This document shows, one piece after another, positions 41,084 through 54,944 of a stretch of 64,000 nt of DNA. Source of the DNA: Octopus vulgaris (lineage: Eukaryota); contig OX597819.1 of the NCBI GenBank assembly GCA_951406725.2, forward strand, positions 107,074,001 through 107,138,000, in the 5' to 3' direction. The translations under genes were made by a program, and so were the position numbers. The notes beneath the pieces are model-generated. The model was not told the DNA's origin and searched no databases. It saw nothing but the letters and a program-made list of their open reading frames with translations. Position 1 is the stretch's first letter. The number at the start of each line of letters is the position of its first letter.

Positions 41084-41305
41084 GAGGTGGCGACGTAGCA
41101 GAATCTTTAGCACGTCATCAGACAAAATACTGAGCGACAGTTCGTTCATCTTCGTGTTCTGAGTTCAAATTACGCCGAGGTCGATTTTGCCTTTGATCAA
41201 TTCAGGGTCAATAAAATAAGTAACAGTCGAGCACTGGTGCCAATGTAAACGACTTACCCGCTCTTTTAAACATGCTGTTCTTGAACCAATAATTGAAGTA
41301 GCTAT
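41084..41305 (+). mobile_element. SINE family A, old copy
   Basis: GTTCTGAGTTCAAATTACGCCGAGGTCGATTTTGCCTTT; follows (TTA)n(TCA)n at 40948-41043. Confidence 0.8.
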
Positions 41306-41339
41306 TATAATTATTATATCATGTAAAGTAACAGCTTTC

Positions 41340-42305
41340 TTTGCTGGGTATGATGGAAAGTGTTAGCTACTCACAGCCGCCACTGAGATGACACTTGGGT
41401 ACTAATCACACTCCAAGAACCCTGTGGAGAACATCTGCATTTCCAAGCAGTCATAATTTTTGCAGACTTCCTATCTTATAGTTATTCTAATCTTTTTGGG
41501 CCATGTTGGCAGTTGGGAACTGATACTTCCAAGTGCGCCAGTCACACATCCTCTTTCTACATTGCCCACAACCTGTGTGTTCTCACCTCGCCTCATCGTA
41601 ATTGTTCACTTTTTCTTCTTTTCTTCAACACTGTTTTCACCATGACATGCTATATTAAATATCAGGCATGTTTTGTTTTTTCTTTCCTGTTCACCACAAC
41701 AGGTTTTTGACGTTTAATTCGTTGTCACAGGCCATCATTGCATCCCACAGACTTTTGCAATTTCTCAGTAACTCATTCTGGGTTTTGGTCACACCACATT
41801 TTCGTTCTTTCTGGGTCAAAATTTCCACAAAGCTCCCAATGGATAATTCTTGCCGCATTTACATGTTACCTTTTGTATCCACGTTGCTTCAGTTTCGGGC
41901 ATCCACTATGTACCACACTGTTTCACATTTCTCACCACACATTCTTCGTTTGTCGCTGTTAGTGGTTTTATCAATTCTACACTTCACATATTTTGTCCCT
42001 AATGCTTGTTCGTGTACCGTGCATATAAGTGCTTCTATTTTTATCTTCAAGTCACTCCTTTGCATCAATAATAACCGGACTTCTGTATCTGTCTTTCGCT
42101 CGTATCTCTTGCAAACTGACCGTACACTTTTTTTCCCTCTCTATGCCATTTGTGATGTTTTCCGCTTTGAATTTCTCTTTCTTAACACATTTATCAGATT
42201 TGATGAAGTACGATTTCTTGACATGCGTCAACAATTGTTCCACGGCATTTTTTACATACCATCCTAAAATGTATTCCTCTGGTTCGACATAATCCTGACA
42301 ATTTA
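41340..42305 (-). mobile_element. R4/Dong LINE 3' fragment, decayed
   Basis: QALGTKYVKCRIDKTTNSDKRRMCGEKCETVWYIV (decayed CCHC), ARIIHWELCG, LWDAMMACDNE. Confidence 0.8.
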
Positions 42306-42309
42306 TCAA

Positions 42310-42403
<94 letters not shown>

Positions 42404-42951
42404 GAGTGAGAGAGCAGTGCATGCCATCAAAGTGACACTGGGGTAAAATATACGAAGCCCAATATACCCATCATGACACCCGTCTGATAAAGGTACACCA
42501 GGCACATGCATCACAACCATATGTGCGCGACATAGTGATCTCATATCAAGATAAACAGCACATGACCTTGCAGGTGGGGCCCAGTTAGAATTTTCTTCAG
42601 GTTCAGTAGCCCATCCCGCTCAAAAGGTCCCTGAATAAGGGTTGTTTAAGGATGTTGAAAGAACCACCCATGTTTCCAGAGGTGAATTATTCAAACCCCA
42701 AAGAATCCCTCTCAACACATGGCTATGATGCTCCCCCACTACTTCTGCTCGTGATCAGAGATGCACATATCGTCAGCCACTAAGGGACATGCTCAACTAG
42801 TTACGGTCAAACAACTGACAAGCAAATCTGTGGTATTGAGCAGAATATTTGCTGTAGCCCATCTTTTATACCAAGACAAAACAATGTACATGATAACACT
42901 TCCAATCAGTTAAGATCAGAAGCCATGAGAGCCACTGCCTGGTACTGCATC
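42404..42951 (-). mobile_element. ~550-bp non-coding (TAA)n-embedded element, copy 2
   Basis: Colinear with 13765-14316; single end monomer; (TTA)n on both sides. Confidence 0.8.
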
Positions 42952-42960
42952 TATTATTAT

Positions 42961-43441
42961 AAGGCGGGCGAGCTGGCAGAATTTTGTTAGTACGCCGGGC
43001 AAAACGATTAGCGTTATTACTCCTTTCTTACGTTCTCAATTCATATTCCGCCGTGGTCGACTTTGACTTTCATCCTTTTGGGGTCGATAAATGAAATACC
43101 CCTGAAACTCCGGAATCGATGTAATCGACTTGTCCTTTCCCAAAAATATTTCAGGCCCTGTGGCCTTAGTAGAAGGGGTTATTATTATTATTATCAGCAG
43201 TAGCATCGTCTGTATTATCATTAGAAAGGCGGTGAGTTTTCAGAATTCTTACGACGCTCGACGAAATGTTTAGCAGCATTTTTTCTATCTGTATTTTTTT
43301 AGTTCAAATTTCGCCCGAAGTCAGCTTTACCTTTCGTCCTTTAAGAGATGATTACATAAGTGCTAGTTGAGCAATGGGTTCGATGTAATCGACTGTTCCC
43401 CTTCCCCAAAGTTTCAGATCCTATGCTTTTATTAGAAGGCT
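42961..43441 (+). mobile_element. Two head-to-tail SINE family A copies (42961-43180 and 43226-43441) with (TTA)n tails
   Basis: AAGGCGG(G)CGAGCTGGCAGAA heads and GTCGACTTT..TTTCATCC cores. Confidence 0.88.
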
Positions 43442-43467
43442 TTATTATTATTATTATTATTATTATT

Positions 43468-43788
43468 GAGGGCGCGTGGCTTAGTGGTTAGGGCATTCGG
43501 CTCACGATCGTAAGGTTGTGAGTTCGATTCCCGGCGACGCGTTGTGTCCTTGAGCAAGACACTTTATTTCACGTTGCTCCAGTCCACTCAGCTGGCAAAA
43601 ATGAGTTGTACTTGTATTTCAAAGGGTCAGCCTTGTCACTCTCTGTGTCACGCTGATTATCCCCGAGAACTACGTTAAGGGTACACGTGTCTGTGGAATG
43701 CTCAGCCATTTGCACGTTAATTTCACGAGCAAGCTGTTCCGTTGATCGTATCAGCTGGGACCCTCGTCGTCGTAACCGGCGGAGTCTT
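43468..43788 (+). mobile_element. tRNA-derived SINE family C (OR2-/CORE-like), full-length
   Basis: A-box TGGCTTAGTGG, B-box GTTCGATTCC, TGTGTCCTTGAGCAAGACACTT core; (TTA)n on both sides; second copy at 63087. Confidence 0.9.
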
Positions 43789-43834
43789 TAAATTATTATT
43801 ATTATTATTATTATTATTATCATCATCATTATCA

Positions 43835-43886
<52 letters not shown>

Positions 43887-43906
43887 CATTATTATTATTA
43901 TTATTA

Positions 43907-43967
<61 letters not shown>

Positions 43968-44494
43968 CATCATCAACTGATGAAAGAGAACTGGTACACG
44001 CAATCGTATTGAAGCGAAGACTTACAAGAAAAAACCTATATTCAATTTTGGGTTCCATGAGTTAAAAGTTTCTGCCACAGATATATGCTTCTGGGTTCGA
44101 TGACACAGCTTGGATAATAAAGTTATTTATTCTCTCTCTCTTTTCTATCTCTATCTTTCTCGTCCCCTCACATTCTCTCTCTCTTCTATCTCCCTCTCTC
44201 TTCCTTTCTCTCACTCTGTTTCTCTTTCTCTCGCACACTCTCTCACATACACACACCACACAAACACGCACGTACACATCTCGGTTTAAAGGTTTCCCAT
44301 AGATCGTGATCATTCGCTTGTTAGCATCCAGCATGCAATTGGCTACTATAGAACGCTCAAATAAATATTAATAAATCGACAAATTTATTCATCAAAGTAT
44401 TAAATTCATTTCGAAACAATTTTGACAAGATGACTAGCGCTACACAACTCGAATCCTTACAGCATCATACATCACATATGACACAAGGCAGATA

Positions 44495-45377
44495 TACGAG
44501 GTCGGATCAATAAGTATCCAGGCTCTTGCTATAGTAACGAAGCTAAAGCGTGTAGAGTAAAGCCAGTTGGCACTGATTGATCTTGACCTTTGTCGTGCAT
44601 GGGTCCTACGTTTTACCGTTGTGGCTCACTTCTGCTGTTTACAGTAGCGCGTCGAAATATCGTGTGTAACGTGTGATCGTCGCATTGGCCATGACAGAGA
44701 AAGTTGTCATAGCGATACCTGCTCAGAGGCCTACGCAAAGTTGCAGAAAGTATATGGTCAGGAGTGTACGAGTCGCACAGAAGTGTACGAGTGGTTCAGA
44801 CGTTTCGAACATGACCGAAAAGAACGTCAATAGTGACGAACGTTCCGGAAGATTCGCAACCAGCAGAAGTGAGAAAAACATCGCAGAGGTGCTTTCAGTT
44901 GTGAAGGGAAATCGTCAAATCACCATCCGTGAGTTATCAGATAATGTGCAGACTAGTTACGGTTCAGTTCAGTCCATTATCACTGAAGATTTGCGTATCA
45001 GAGGCGTGTCTGCCAAGTTCGTGCCACAACTGCTTTCAGCTGACCAAAAGGACTTTCGGGTTTCAGTTGCACAAAATCTCCCTGATTGTGTCGAGAACGA
45101 TGAAAAAGTTTGAAAACTTTGCGTAGGCCTCTGAGCGGGTATCGCCAAACTTTTGGAAAAATCTTATGAAGATTCTCTGGTCAATAACTGTCATAGTCAA
45201 TGACACACTACGCACCTTCCTTACAAGCACTGTTGTAAACAGCAGAAGTGAGCTACAACTCAGTGCGCATGCACAGCAGAGTTCAAGGTGAATCTTTGCC
45301 TAGCCGCTTTACTCCCTGTACCTTAGCTTCGTTACAATAACAACAGTCCAGATACTTATTGATCAGATCACTATGTA
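44495..45377 (+). mobile_element. Non-autonomous mariner with ~160-bp TIRs and transposase N-terminal half
   Basis: TACGAGGTCGGATCAATAAGTATC / GATACTTATTGATCAGATC; inverted homology extends to GCTCACTTCTGCTGTTTACA; DERSGR..NRQITIRELS..SAKFVPQLL. Confidence 0.88.
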
Positions 45378-45540
45378 AGTGTATGTGTGTGTGTGTTTGT
45401 GCGTGTTTGTGTATGTAGCAAAGTTATAAAGGACCACACAATTCATTGCGACAGGTGCTTCAGAATATCGATTATATGTATATTATGATGTAATATACAT
45501 GTTATCGAATGAGAGAAACGTTATATACATACTTAAATAA

Positions 45541-45617
<77 letters not shown>

Positions 45618-45642
45618 TACATACATATAGTGTGTATATATA

Positions 45643-45758
45643 CTCGAAACGTCATACCCTCCTTCTTCCCATTTTCCTGAGCGCCTAATAATAATACTTA
45701 AATTGTTCCACCTCCTTGTGTTGTTGTTTTTTTCTGTTGTCTCGTTTGGATTAACCTT
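45643..45758 (+). mobile_element. Short PLE-terminal-like repeat between (TA)n arrays (3' half of hammerhead only)
   Basis: CTCGAAACGTCATACCCTCCTTC..CCTGAGCG..TTTGGATTAAC is homologous to the reverse complement of 63855-63975. Confidence 0.65.
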
Positions 45759-47600
45759 ATATATATATATATATATATATATACACGTGTGTGTATAGTA
45801 TACAATGAGCTATGTTATTTAGTACGTCATTCGTGTGTATAAGATGGTAGAATGTGATTTAAGACATATTCAGTTGTTATTTCTGCAGGTCCTACTAGAG
45901 TGTTGAGTTTCCACAATAAATAATTGACTCTCTCCAGACTATCATGAACTTGTAAAATATAAATCTCTTGTATATATTCTCCAATCAAAAATTCTAGAGC
46001 CAGAGGTTGTATGATTCAAAAATGTCACGCGTGTATTCTGACATCTTAAAGCATATCCAATTAAAATTATTGTTTTTGCATATAAAGTGTTATCACATTG
46101 CAACATCTTCGAGCCACCAGCTTATCGTTGTTCATTATTTCTCGTTGTGGAAACTGAACTCGAAGGGGAAATTGTAAAGAAGAAGGCTATTTGACGATAT
46201 TCGTTCGGTTATAATGTTTTATTATGCTTCACGCCCCTCTAATTTGCAACAGAACTGTTTCTATACAAGATATGATGAGTAACATTTTAAGTCTTTCATG
46301 GACTACAATAATTCGGTTCAAAATAAAGGCTAACACCAATAGAAATTGTCCTTTTCAAGCATCTATTCAACTTCATATAGTTCAATATATAACTTTTGTA
46401 ATATGTATTCCCAGTTATATTACAACTGTCAAGCAGTTCTTCTGAGAAGCATTTCACCGGCGCCTAGGTGTGGACTTCTTTCGAATGAATTTTTAATAAT
46501 ACCTCTGCTTTCATTTTCGTATTTTTCCACAAGTTCGTATTAACATGAACGAATATTTTCGGCTAAGAGGTGACAATATCTAAAATTTCCCGACAGCTCT
46601 GTGAATATACATATATATAAAGAAAAGTATATGACAAAAGATTAAAGACAGAGGGTATTAACTAATGCAAAAAGCTGTTGATAGAAAGTCGGCCGTCAGA
46701 ATTAGAAGGTGAAATTTGGGAGAAGGAAAATCATGAAATATTATCTGAAATATTTCCCATTGCAAAGACATAAGGGTGAACATATTTATAGAGTTATAAG
46801 TATAAACTAACATGAGAACATTCATACTCTTTTCTGCAATGCATATATTTTAAGATAATTTATCCTCATTTTCGAAGAAACAATTTCCTCAAACATCAAG
46901 AAATTCATCTCCCACCAGCATAGGAATTATCCAGTTTCAAAAACTTCAATAATAAATGCTTGCGATGAAGAGCCTAAATAGTTTCTTCGACCTGTATATG
47001 TTAATAGTATCATTCTGTATGTATCTATCATAATTTGGACAGATGACCTATCATTATACAACTCCCTTTCACTATCAACCCTAAATAAGATTTACGATAT
47101 CGTTTAACATGCAGGGTTTCTCTCGAGAAGTATGTCATTATTGAAACTGGTTGGGTGGATGTGTGCCTAAAAATACTGTTTGAATACATGCTTGTTAGAT
47201 ATTTTGTTCCTTCTTTCAGTTTAAATGAAAGCTTTTACTCGGCAAGTAATTCTCCAGTATCAACAAAGTTGAACGAAATAATTTATTCCTTACGCAGAAT
47301 TCTAAAGCTTGGGTGTAGAATAGAAAGCGCCGTTCAAGATGTATATTACTGCACGCATTTCACGTAAACCATAGAGCAAATATCAAAACATTATAATAAA
47401 GAAATTAGCTAGAAGCTAGAAGCTAAGAAAACAAGGGCTAAGATATAAAACAAATTTACAGAATAATAGGTGGTTAAATAGAAGAACAAAATCGATCATG
47501 CAGTTTCTGAATCACAGAGGATTTCCAAAACAGTTTAAATAGATATAGATGACGTACATGCATATATTGCACTGAAATACGATTTGCAGACATCATATTT

Positions 47601-47660
47601 ACGGAGTCGGGACTTCAACGCCAACGCGGAACCTGTATTCTACCATTGAGTTATGGTGAC
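47601..47660 (-). pseudogene. tRNA-like fragment / SINE head relic
   Basis: Minus strand TAACTCAATGGTAGAAT (A-box) and GTTGAAGTCC (B-box-like); no full cloverleaf. Confidence 0.35.
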
Positions 47661-47730
47661 AAATACTTTTAGAAATCAAATTTGATAACATTAACTCTCC
47701 CGGAAATTGATATGTATTTATATCTGTGTA

Positions 47731-47778
<48 letters not shown>

Positions 47779-48479
47779 TGTGTTTGCGTACCGGCGTGTG
47801 TTTTTAAGGTTACGATATTACCAAAAGAACCTGAAAAGAAAATCAAATGCGTCAGCTTGAAACAGCTGTTCCTGCACGAGTCGTTCACAAATGTCTTCAT
47901 ACAGAACATGAAGATAATCGTGTTCTTCAAGTATTCATTTCAAATTTCGTAAAATATTAAGCAGTGGATATTTCTCAAGAAAACCAGTTTCACTTTCACA
48001 GCTGATGATCTAAAACAAGTCACTCTGTGTACTGGAAATTGGAGTCTTTCAGTTATGATAAAATATATTCAATATGTGCATTGAGTCCTGTAATATATCG
48101 CTTCTAGTGAATCACGATATATATATACATATATATATATATATACATACATATTTATATCCTTCAAGTTTGTTTACGGGAAACATTTTGATTATCCATA
48201 TAAAACTCCTATATTTTATTATTATGCGGGCTACAGCATAATAATGACAACTGATGATACAACTGATGAGTTTTGGGGGTTTACACCGAGATGTGCAGAT
48301 ATAATGTAAGGAAAATAAAGTAATTATATGACCTACCCGTTGTCCATGAGAAATGTGGACTACATTGCAATCATCCCAGGAATACGGACTGTGATCTTAA
48401 GAAAAACCTGTGGAAGCGCGCGTAACGATGCATTAAGTTTTTTATAAACTCGATTCAAGCATTATCATTGCTGCTTTCT

Positions 48480-48503
48480 ATTATTATTATTATTATTATT
48501 ATT

Positions 48504-48548
<45 letters not shown>

Positions 48549-48660
48549 GCTGTTGTTGTTGTTGTTGTTGTTGTTATTCTTCTTCTTATTATTATTGTTG
48601 TTGTTGTTATTATTATTGTTATTATTATTATCATTATTATTATTAGTTTTATTATTATTA
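48480..48660. repeat. Compound (TTA)n(TTG)n microsatellite; (TA)n(GATA)n follows at 48877-49006
   Basis: Directly visible. Confidence 0.95.
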
Positions 48661-48874
48661 TATGGTTCAAATGTACAGAAAAAAAAGATAAAGACAAGTA
48701 AGAAAACAGCAAGCAGTTGTATGAGTTTGATGTTTGTGAAGATTGGAAAAGACTTTGACGTTTCGAACCTGTGCACTTCGACAGAGAGGAAATAGTGGAA
48801 AGAGAAAGAAAAATCGGGAAAAGCAAAATGTGTAGAGATTAACGATTTAACCAAGAAGAAAGAGACTGAGTGAA

Positions 48875-48914
<40 letters not shown>

Positions 48915-48915
48915 C

Positions 48916-49007
<92 letters not shown>

Positions 49008-49019
49008 AATATAGTTATT

Positions 49020-49188
49020 CATACGACGGACTTTTTTTCCAATTTCCGTCTACCAAATTCACTCAGAAGGCTTTGCTTGGCCAGGAGCTATAATAGAAGA
49101 CATTTGCCCAAAGTGCCACGCAGTGGGACTTAACCCGGAACCATGTGACTGGGAAGCAAGCTTCTTAGTATACAGCCACCCCTGCACC
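49020..49188 (-). mobile_element. SINE family B, 5' half
   Basis: Minus strand GGTGCAGGGGTGGCTG..GGTTCCGGGTTAAGTCCCACTGCGTGGCACTTTGGGCAA. Confidence 0.85.
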
Positions 49189-49197
49189 GATATGTGT

Positions 49198-49263
<66 letters not shown>

Positions 49264-51193
49264 CTGTCAGTATGTGCGTCTCTGTGTGAAATGTTTCAAT
49301 ACTTTTATTCTTAAAAGAATGAATGGTTTAACTGTTATAATTGGAATTATCTGCTCTAGTTTTTGTTTTTAAACTTCAACTCTTTCGTAGGAGACAAGTT
49401 TGTTTTCTAATTCCAAAGACAATCTCAGTTAACTAAGGTTTTTAATTCTCACTATTAGACCAGGAAACATATATATATACATATGCAAGGATTATAGATA
49501 TGCGCGTGCGCATGTGTGTGTGAAAGATAAACTGGGGTGTAGCTTGACAAGGATGTAGCTGTATTTCTAACAGAGCGTTTGACAATATAGAGGCTGACAC
49601 GCATTTTCCCTTATATGTAATGACAGTGACTTATTTTCCTATCTATAAATCAATATGCAGCTACACGCTAATGTATTCTCACAGTTGAAACCATACTACT
49701 AATATTTGCGGTAAAGCATCTTCAGAATGCAGGGATTTATTAACCTATAGACATATTCAAGAAACTGAGAAGCCATGGTAACGCGATATTCGTTAAAAAG
49801 ATTTCTGTCATAATGGGCTTTATTTTAAAGACTAAATTTTTTCTACGGATACAAATAATACCATACGATGCATCATACGTGCTAAAAAAAAAAGAAGCTT
49901 CTCCTGATTGCAGTTCTCTATGAATAAGATTCGACCGTTCCATTGGCTGAATTACCTGCTCCAATATTAACGTGTGTTGTCTATTCTACATATATGTGAA
50001 ACATCAACGTAATTTTTAGCCAGAATCAGGGTGAAATGGCATGACAATACTGTGACTTTGAATAACGGGTACAATCATACTAACCGACTTCTATACATTT
50101 TCCACCCCTTTAGTTTCACTTTGGATTGACCCAAGGCTATGAGAAATTACATTTGCACAGGATGTCACGTAGTGCTTTCAAACATGGTCATACTGAGCCG
50201 ACACAAAGAATTATATATAATATAATATGACATGATATAAGATAAGATGAAAATGGGTATGCCTGACGCCCTTAAATGCAGTTGTAAACTATATTGCTAT
50301 CCAGTAACTGAAAAAAGTATCAGTTCAATATAAATAGATATTTCTTTTCAAATAACTTTTTTGTGAAAAGCTAGTTTTTTTCCGATATTATGTATTAAAG
50401 TAAATAAAAACATAGATAGGGAACATCTGCTATTGCTTTGCTCTTTTTAAAACAATCATAAACAAAAATATAAATCTCTCCCAAGGCAAATTTTCCGCTT
50501 GACAATTGAATGTATCTTTAATGTGTTAGATGTATCTCATTTCAAATCCTTTCGGCGGTTTATGGATGATCGGTGCACAACTCATAATGTTGAGACAGAA
50601 TTCCTTTAGTGGAGAAGCAAATTACTGTTGCTACAAATTGCCTGTTAAAAAAATAATTACTTTGCAGAAACTTTTCATTTTTGCGTGTTATCTGGGAAGT
50701 GATACTGAACAGACAAGAACACCGCGAAAAGCTGGCCTTTTAAAGACTCAAAACTATGAGCATCATTAATACCCTGTTCCAATCTACCTGTATTATCAGG
50801 TGTAAGTTCTCCAATAAAACTGAGCATTACTGGTGAAGCTACACCATATGCTAGTGCCGTATGAAATTATATGGTTTTTTGATAAGTGAAAGTCCTTATA
50901 TTGGTATAACCGGCGATACTTCCCACTGGAATATTAGGGGTTTTATTTAACTGTTGTTATTAGTTGAGGGTTTCTCTGCCAATTTATAGTATTCAAACAC
51001 CAATACCACCGATACAAATGTGTTAGTACACACATGGAAATTCGAAGGGATAAGCAGACAAGCCTTCATGACTACCTGAGACATGGAGTGGGTAGCCTCA
51101 CTTGTATCATAGCAGCGCAATCAGTTTTCGAGTACTTTGAGGAATAGAAACAACCAAACGACTGGTCAGCAGGAAAAAATATCCCAAAACATT

Positions 51194-51241
<48 letters not shown>

Positions 51242-51242
51242 C

Positions 51243-51307
<65 letters not shown>

Positions 51308-51362
51308 CACATGTATATACAAATATACATATTTTATACAAATAAATATGAATATATATATT

Positions 51363-51451
<89 letters not shown>

Positions 51452-52167
51452 TGTTGAAGATATATGATTGTGTGATTAACTGATATACATACATGTGTAT
51501 GTATAACGCGTGATTATTAATGTGTGCGTCTGTATGTCCTTGAATTGATTTAGACTTTAGAACGTGCACATCTGTTTGTCTGTGTGTCTGTCTAAACTGT
51601 TAAAATCTGTCAATACCGCGAAACTCAAAAGTAAATTTCCCAACTTAAAACCTTATTATCCCACCTGAGAAATCTTCTATGCACTGTGCGTTGCATTAGG
51701 TGTTATTGCATCGTTCCATGCCCAAAAGAGAGCTGTGCATCTTGAAGATGAAAGAATTGTTGTAGTAACTAAATCTTTAGTTGGAACATTTTGTCTTCTC
51801 TTTTTACCGTTAATATATATATATATATATACCCAACGTCCATCCTGGAATCCCTAGTCTTATATGAACGATGTTTGCTAAGTAGCGCCCGTGATGCCTG
51901 GTAGCTATAAGTGGTGAATGTGCTCCTCAGACACAAGGTCTGGTTTTGATACTGTGTTTAACACGTATTTTGCTAACCATATATCTAAATTATATAAACA
52001 CACATACATACTCACACGCATATATATGTATATATATATATATATAAATACAAAATGAGACAACAACACAAAATATCCATATATATATATATACATGCAT
52101 GCATACATACATACATAAATACATATATACATACATACATACATACATACATACATACATACATACA

Positions 52168-52199
<32 letters not shown>

Positions 52200-52200
<1 letters not shown>

Positions 52201-52577
52201 GCACGTATGGTGAGGTTGTGAGCGAAGAAGGTCGCTTTACAGCCACATGACTCAAGGTTTGGTTCCCCTACATGGTGCCTTGGGCAAGTATCTTCTACCA
52301 AACCCTAGACACACTAATGCCTTAAAAGTGGATTTGTTGGAGGAAACTAAGCAACACTCGTCGTATATATGTACTTAGCAATGTGTGTGTGTCTGTGAAT
52401 TTCGCCATTACCGTTTGACAACCGATGCTTACAAAACTATACCATAGCGCTTCGGCAAAACGGTCTGATAAATTAAATATCAGGATTTCAAACCAAGTAC
52501 TACAGACGATTCAATCGACTAAACGTTTTACAGGCCGAAGATTCACCTCGGCCGCACTCTGATGGTTGAAACAGGCA
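52200..52577 (+). mobile_element. SINE family B, old full-length copy
   Basis: CCTTGGGCAAGTATCTTCTAC..GTGGATTTG..TTGACAACCGATGC..TTCGGCAAAA. Confidence 0.75.
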
Positions 52578-52790
52578 AATGGTAAAAGAGGTTCCTCTCC
52601 ACATACACAACACTGACCATGCTCTCCGTCTCTTCAACTTGTTCTCCTTCCCTCTCGGCCCCTCTAAACGTCTCTTCACTGTTGATATCAAGAGTCTATA
52701 TACGATGATCTTGCACTCAAACACTTCCAACACCTTCAACCCAACCCCCAACTTGACACCTCCAGACAACTTCGTCTGGCCGAATACATT
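52578..52790 (+). mobile_element. Penelope-like RT fragment
   Basis: PLHIHNTDHAL..LFTVDIKSLYTMI corresponds to the PLE RT motif DxxSLYT. Confidence 0.8.
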
Positions 52791-52879
52791 CTCGCTGAAA
52801 CAAAAACGTACAAAGAAACCCCCAACCCACCTGTCACAAATTACCGAAGAACACACACGGTACTTGCCGTTACGTAAGT

Positions 52880-54590
52880 GAGGGATAAGAATTTAAATTC
52901 AAAGACGGCCAAACCTTTAAATTTAAATCTAATCTCATCTGCAACACGGAATACTTGATTAACGTAATCACATGCAATTAGTGTCAATATAATTACATAG
53001 GACAGGCGGCGGATCGTCACGCAACAGAATGACGACACATCACCAACAGATCCTAGACAAAAACACGAGGAAAATTCCTTTACGGTAGGCAGGAATGGAC
53101 TCAAGCAATTTCAAAATATTTCCCCTCTACAAGTGCTCAGATGCTTTCAATCAACAACATAAACTAAATAACAAAAGGCAATTTATTAGTAAATATCAAC
53201 CACTATTAAATATAGACCTAACCACTACCAACCAATAAATAAGAACGGACACTTAAAAACAATTTTATATATATTGAAAAAATATTTCCCGTCAGTTCTT
53301 AAATCTTTTTTCCTATATATATATATATATAAGTCTACACACACACACAAACACACACACACACACACACTTGTGCAAAAATGAAAACATCGCAAACACA
53401 CACAAACACACAAAAGAAAACATCACAAAACACACAAACATACATACACAAACACACACATATGCATAGACACACATACACACAGAAGAAACATCGCAAA
53501 AACATAGTCACACACATTTGCACACATATTCACAAACACACATACATAGACACACAAAAGAAAACATCACGAGAAAACACACACATACACCTCTGCACAC
53601 ACATACACAAACACATACACATACTCACATCACAAAAAACATACACACATAAACACAAACACACACACGCATAAATATAGACACACACATTCACACACGT
53701 ACACACAAAAGAGAACATCGCAAAACAACACCCTCACACATACACACACTTACAGACAAACACACAAAAGAAAACGTCACAAAAATAACACGCACACAAA
53801 CACACGAAAATCATCGCAAAAAACCTACGCCCACACACGTCTGCACACACAAGAAAGCACACACACATACATCCACAAAGAAGAAAACACCACAAAACGC
53901 ACACACACACACACACACAAACAGACCAACACATACTCAGGCACAAATATTGACGCACACATACACACAATAGAGAACATGACACACACACACACATACA
54001 CATAGGTGGAGACACTGAAAAGAAACCACCAAACCCAAAGGAAAATTTTAATTCTTCCTTCAACATGACATTCATAACAACATACACACCTATCAACACG
54101 CTGTTGGTCACATTCCAAACATATTGAAAGGACATTCAACACGCACGTACAAACACACAAACACATATACACACACACACATTCACACAAACATAAAATC
54201 CTATTCAATAAATACTTTTAAGCCACTCCCTTGGCAGGAACCCAGTGATTTTTTAGACAATAAAAAACTACTATTCCTCTCTAACACCTTGAACTCTATA
54301 CCAAACTATACTTAAAGAAGTGTTCAACGAAAATATCTCCAGACATATTTTTGACCCCCAGACAGATGATAAACTGGTTTCACTTCAATTTTTTATAAAT
54401 ATTTGCTAACATATGACAAGATGAGATTCATCATCGAAACTGGTAATATTCTATATATTATTTATATAATTTTTAAAACATTTTATTAAATTCTTTCTAA
54501 CCCAAACTGTCTTCCATTTACTTCTGTGCTATTTCTACCCCCATCTTTTTATATATAAAAATTTAATTTGTGACGTTTACAAATGTCACT
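52880..54590 (+). mobile_element. Penelope-like GIY-YIG endonuclease fragment, CA-rich spacer and terminal repeat
   Basis: FKFKSNLICNTEYLINVITCN*CQYNYIGQ..RNRMT (IY-CxxC-YIG); degenerate hammerhead-like AGATGA-GATTCATCATC-GAAAC at ~54419-54447. Confidence 0.65.
53340..54195. repeat. Irregular CA-rich minisatellite with recurring AAAAGAAAACATCRCAAAA motif
   Basis: Motif variants near 53380, 53412, 53485, 53556, 53706, 53766, 53806 and 53877. Confidence 0.8.
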
Positions 54591-54944
54591 AAATACCACT
54601 ACGGTGTTAGAAAACAGCTACATAGCTAGAAATAAGAGCTAAACCGCTCTAATGCCGAAGTTAACGCAAATGAAGGAAAACATGTACACTAACGGGTACC
54701 ATAATAGTCCGAAAAGTGCCAATCGAGAATTCTAAAATATTGACGTGTAACTTTTGGCAATTTCCTTTGCCCTTTTCCATTAGTATTTATGTTTTCCTCA
54801 TGCAAATAATTGGATGATTTTGCCATTTCCTAATGTGTATATATAATTCCCCTTTTCGGTGCAACATTGCAAACTGTACTTCTAATTCTTTCTTGATTGA
54901 GACATATATTTTTTTTCTTTTTCAAAGTTGGTTAAAATTGCCTT

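Noticed and set aside
41668-42267. 199-aa hydrophobic plus-strand ORF
   Set aside because: Antisense to a decayed Dong fragment.
42880-42951. HDV-like ribozyme or snRNA-derived head at the 5' end of the 550-bp element
   Set aside because: A hairpin is present, but I could not fit P1/P3/L3 or the catalytic C-x-R-A junction, and I saw no convincing snRNA match.
43468-43540. Functional tRNA gene
   Set aside because: It is the tRNA-derived head of a SINE and continues into SINE body sequence; no acceptor-stem closure.
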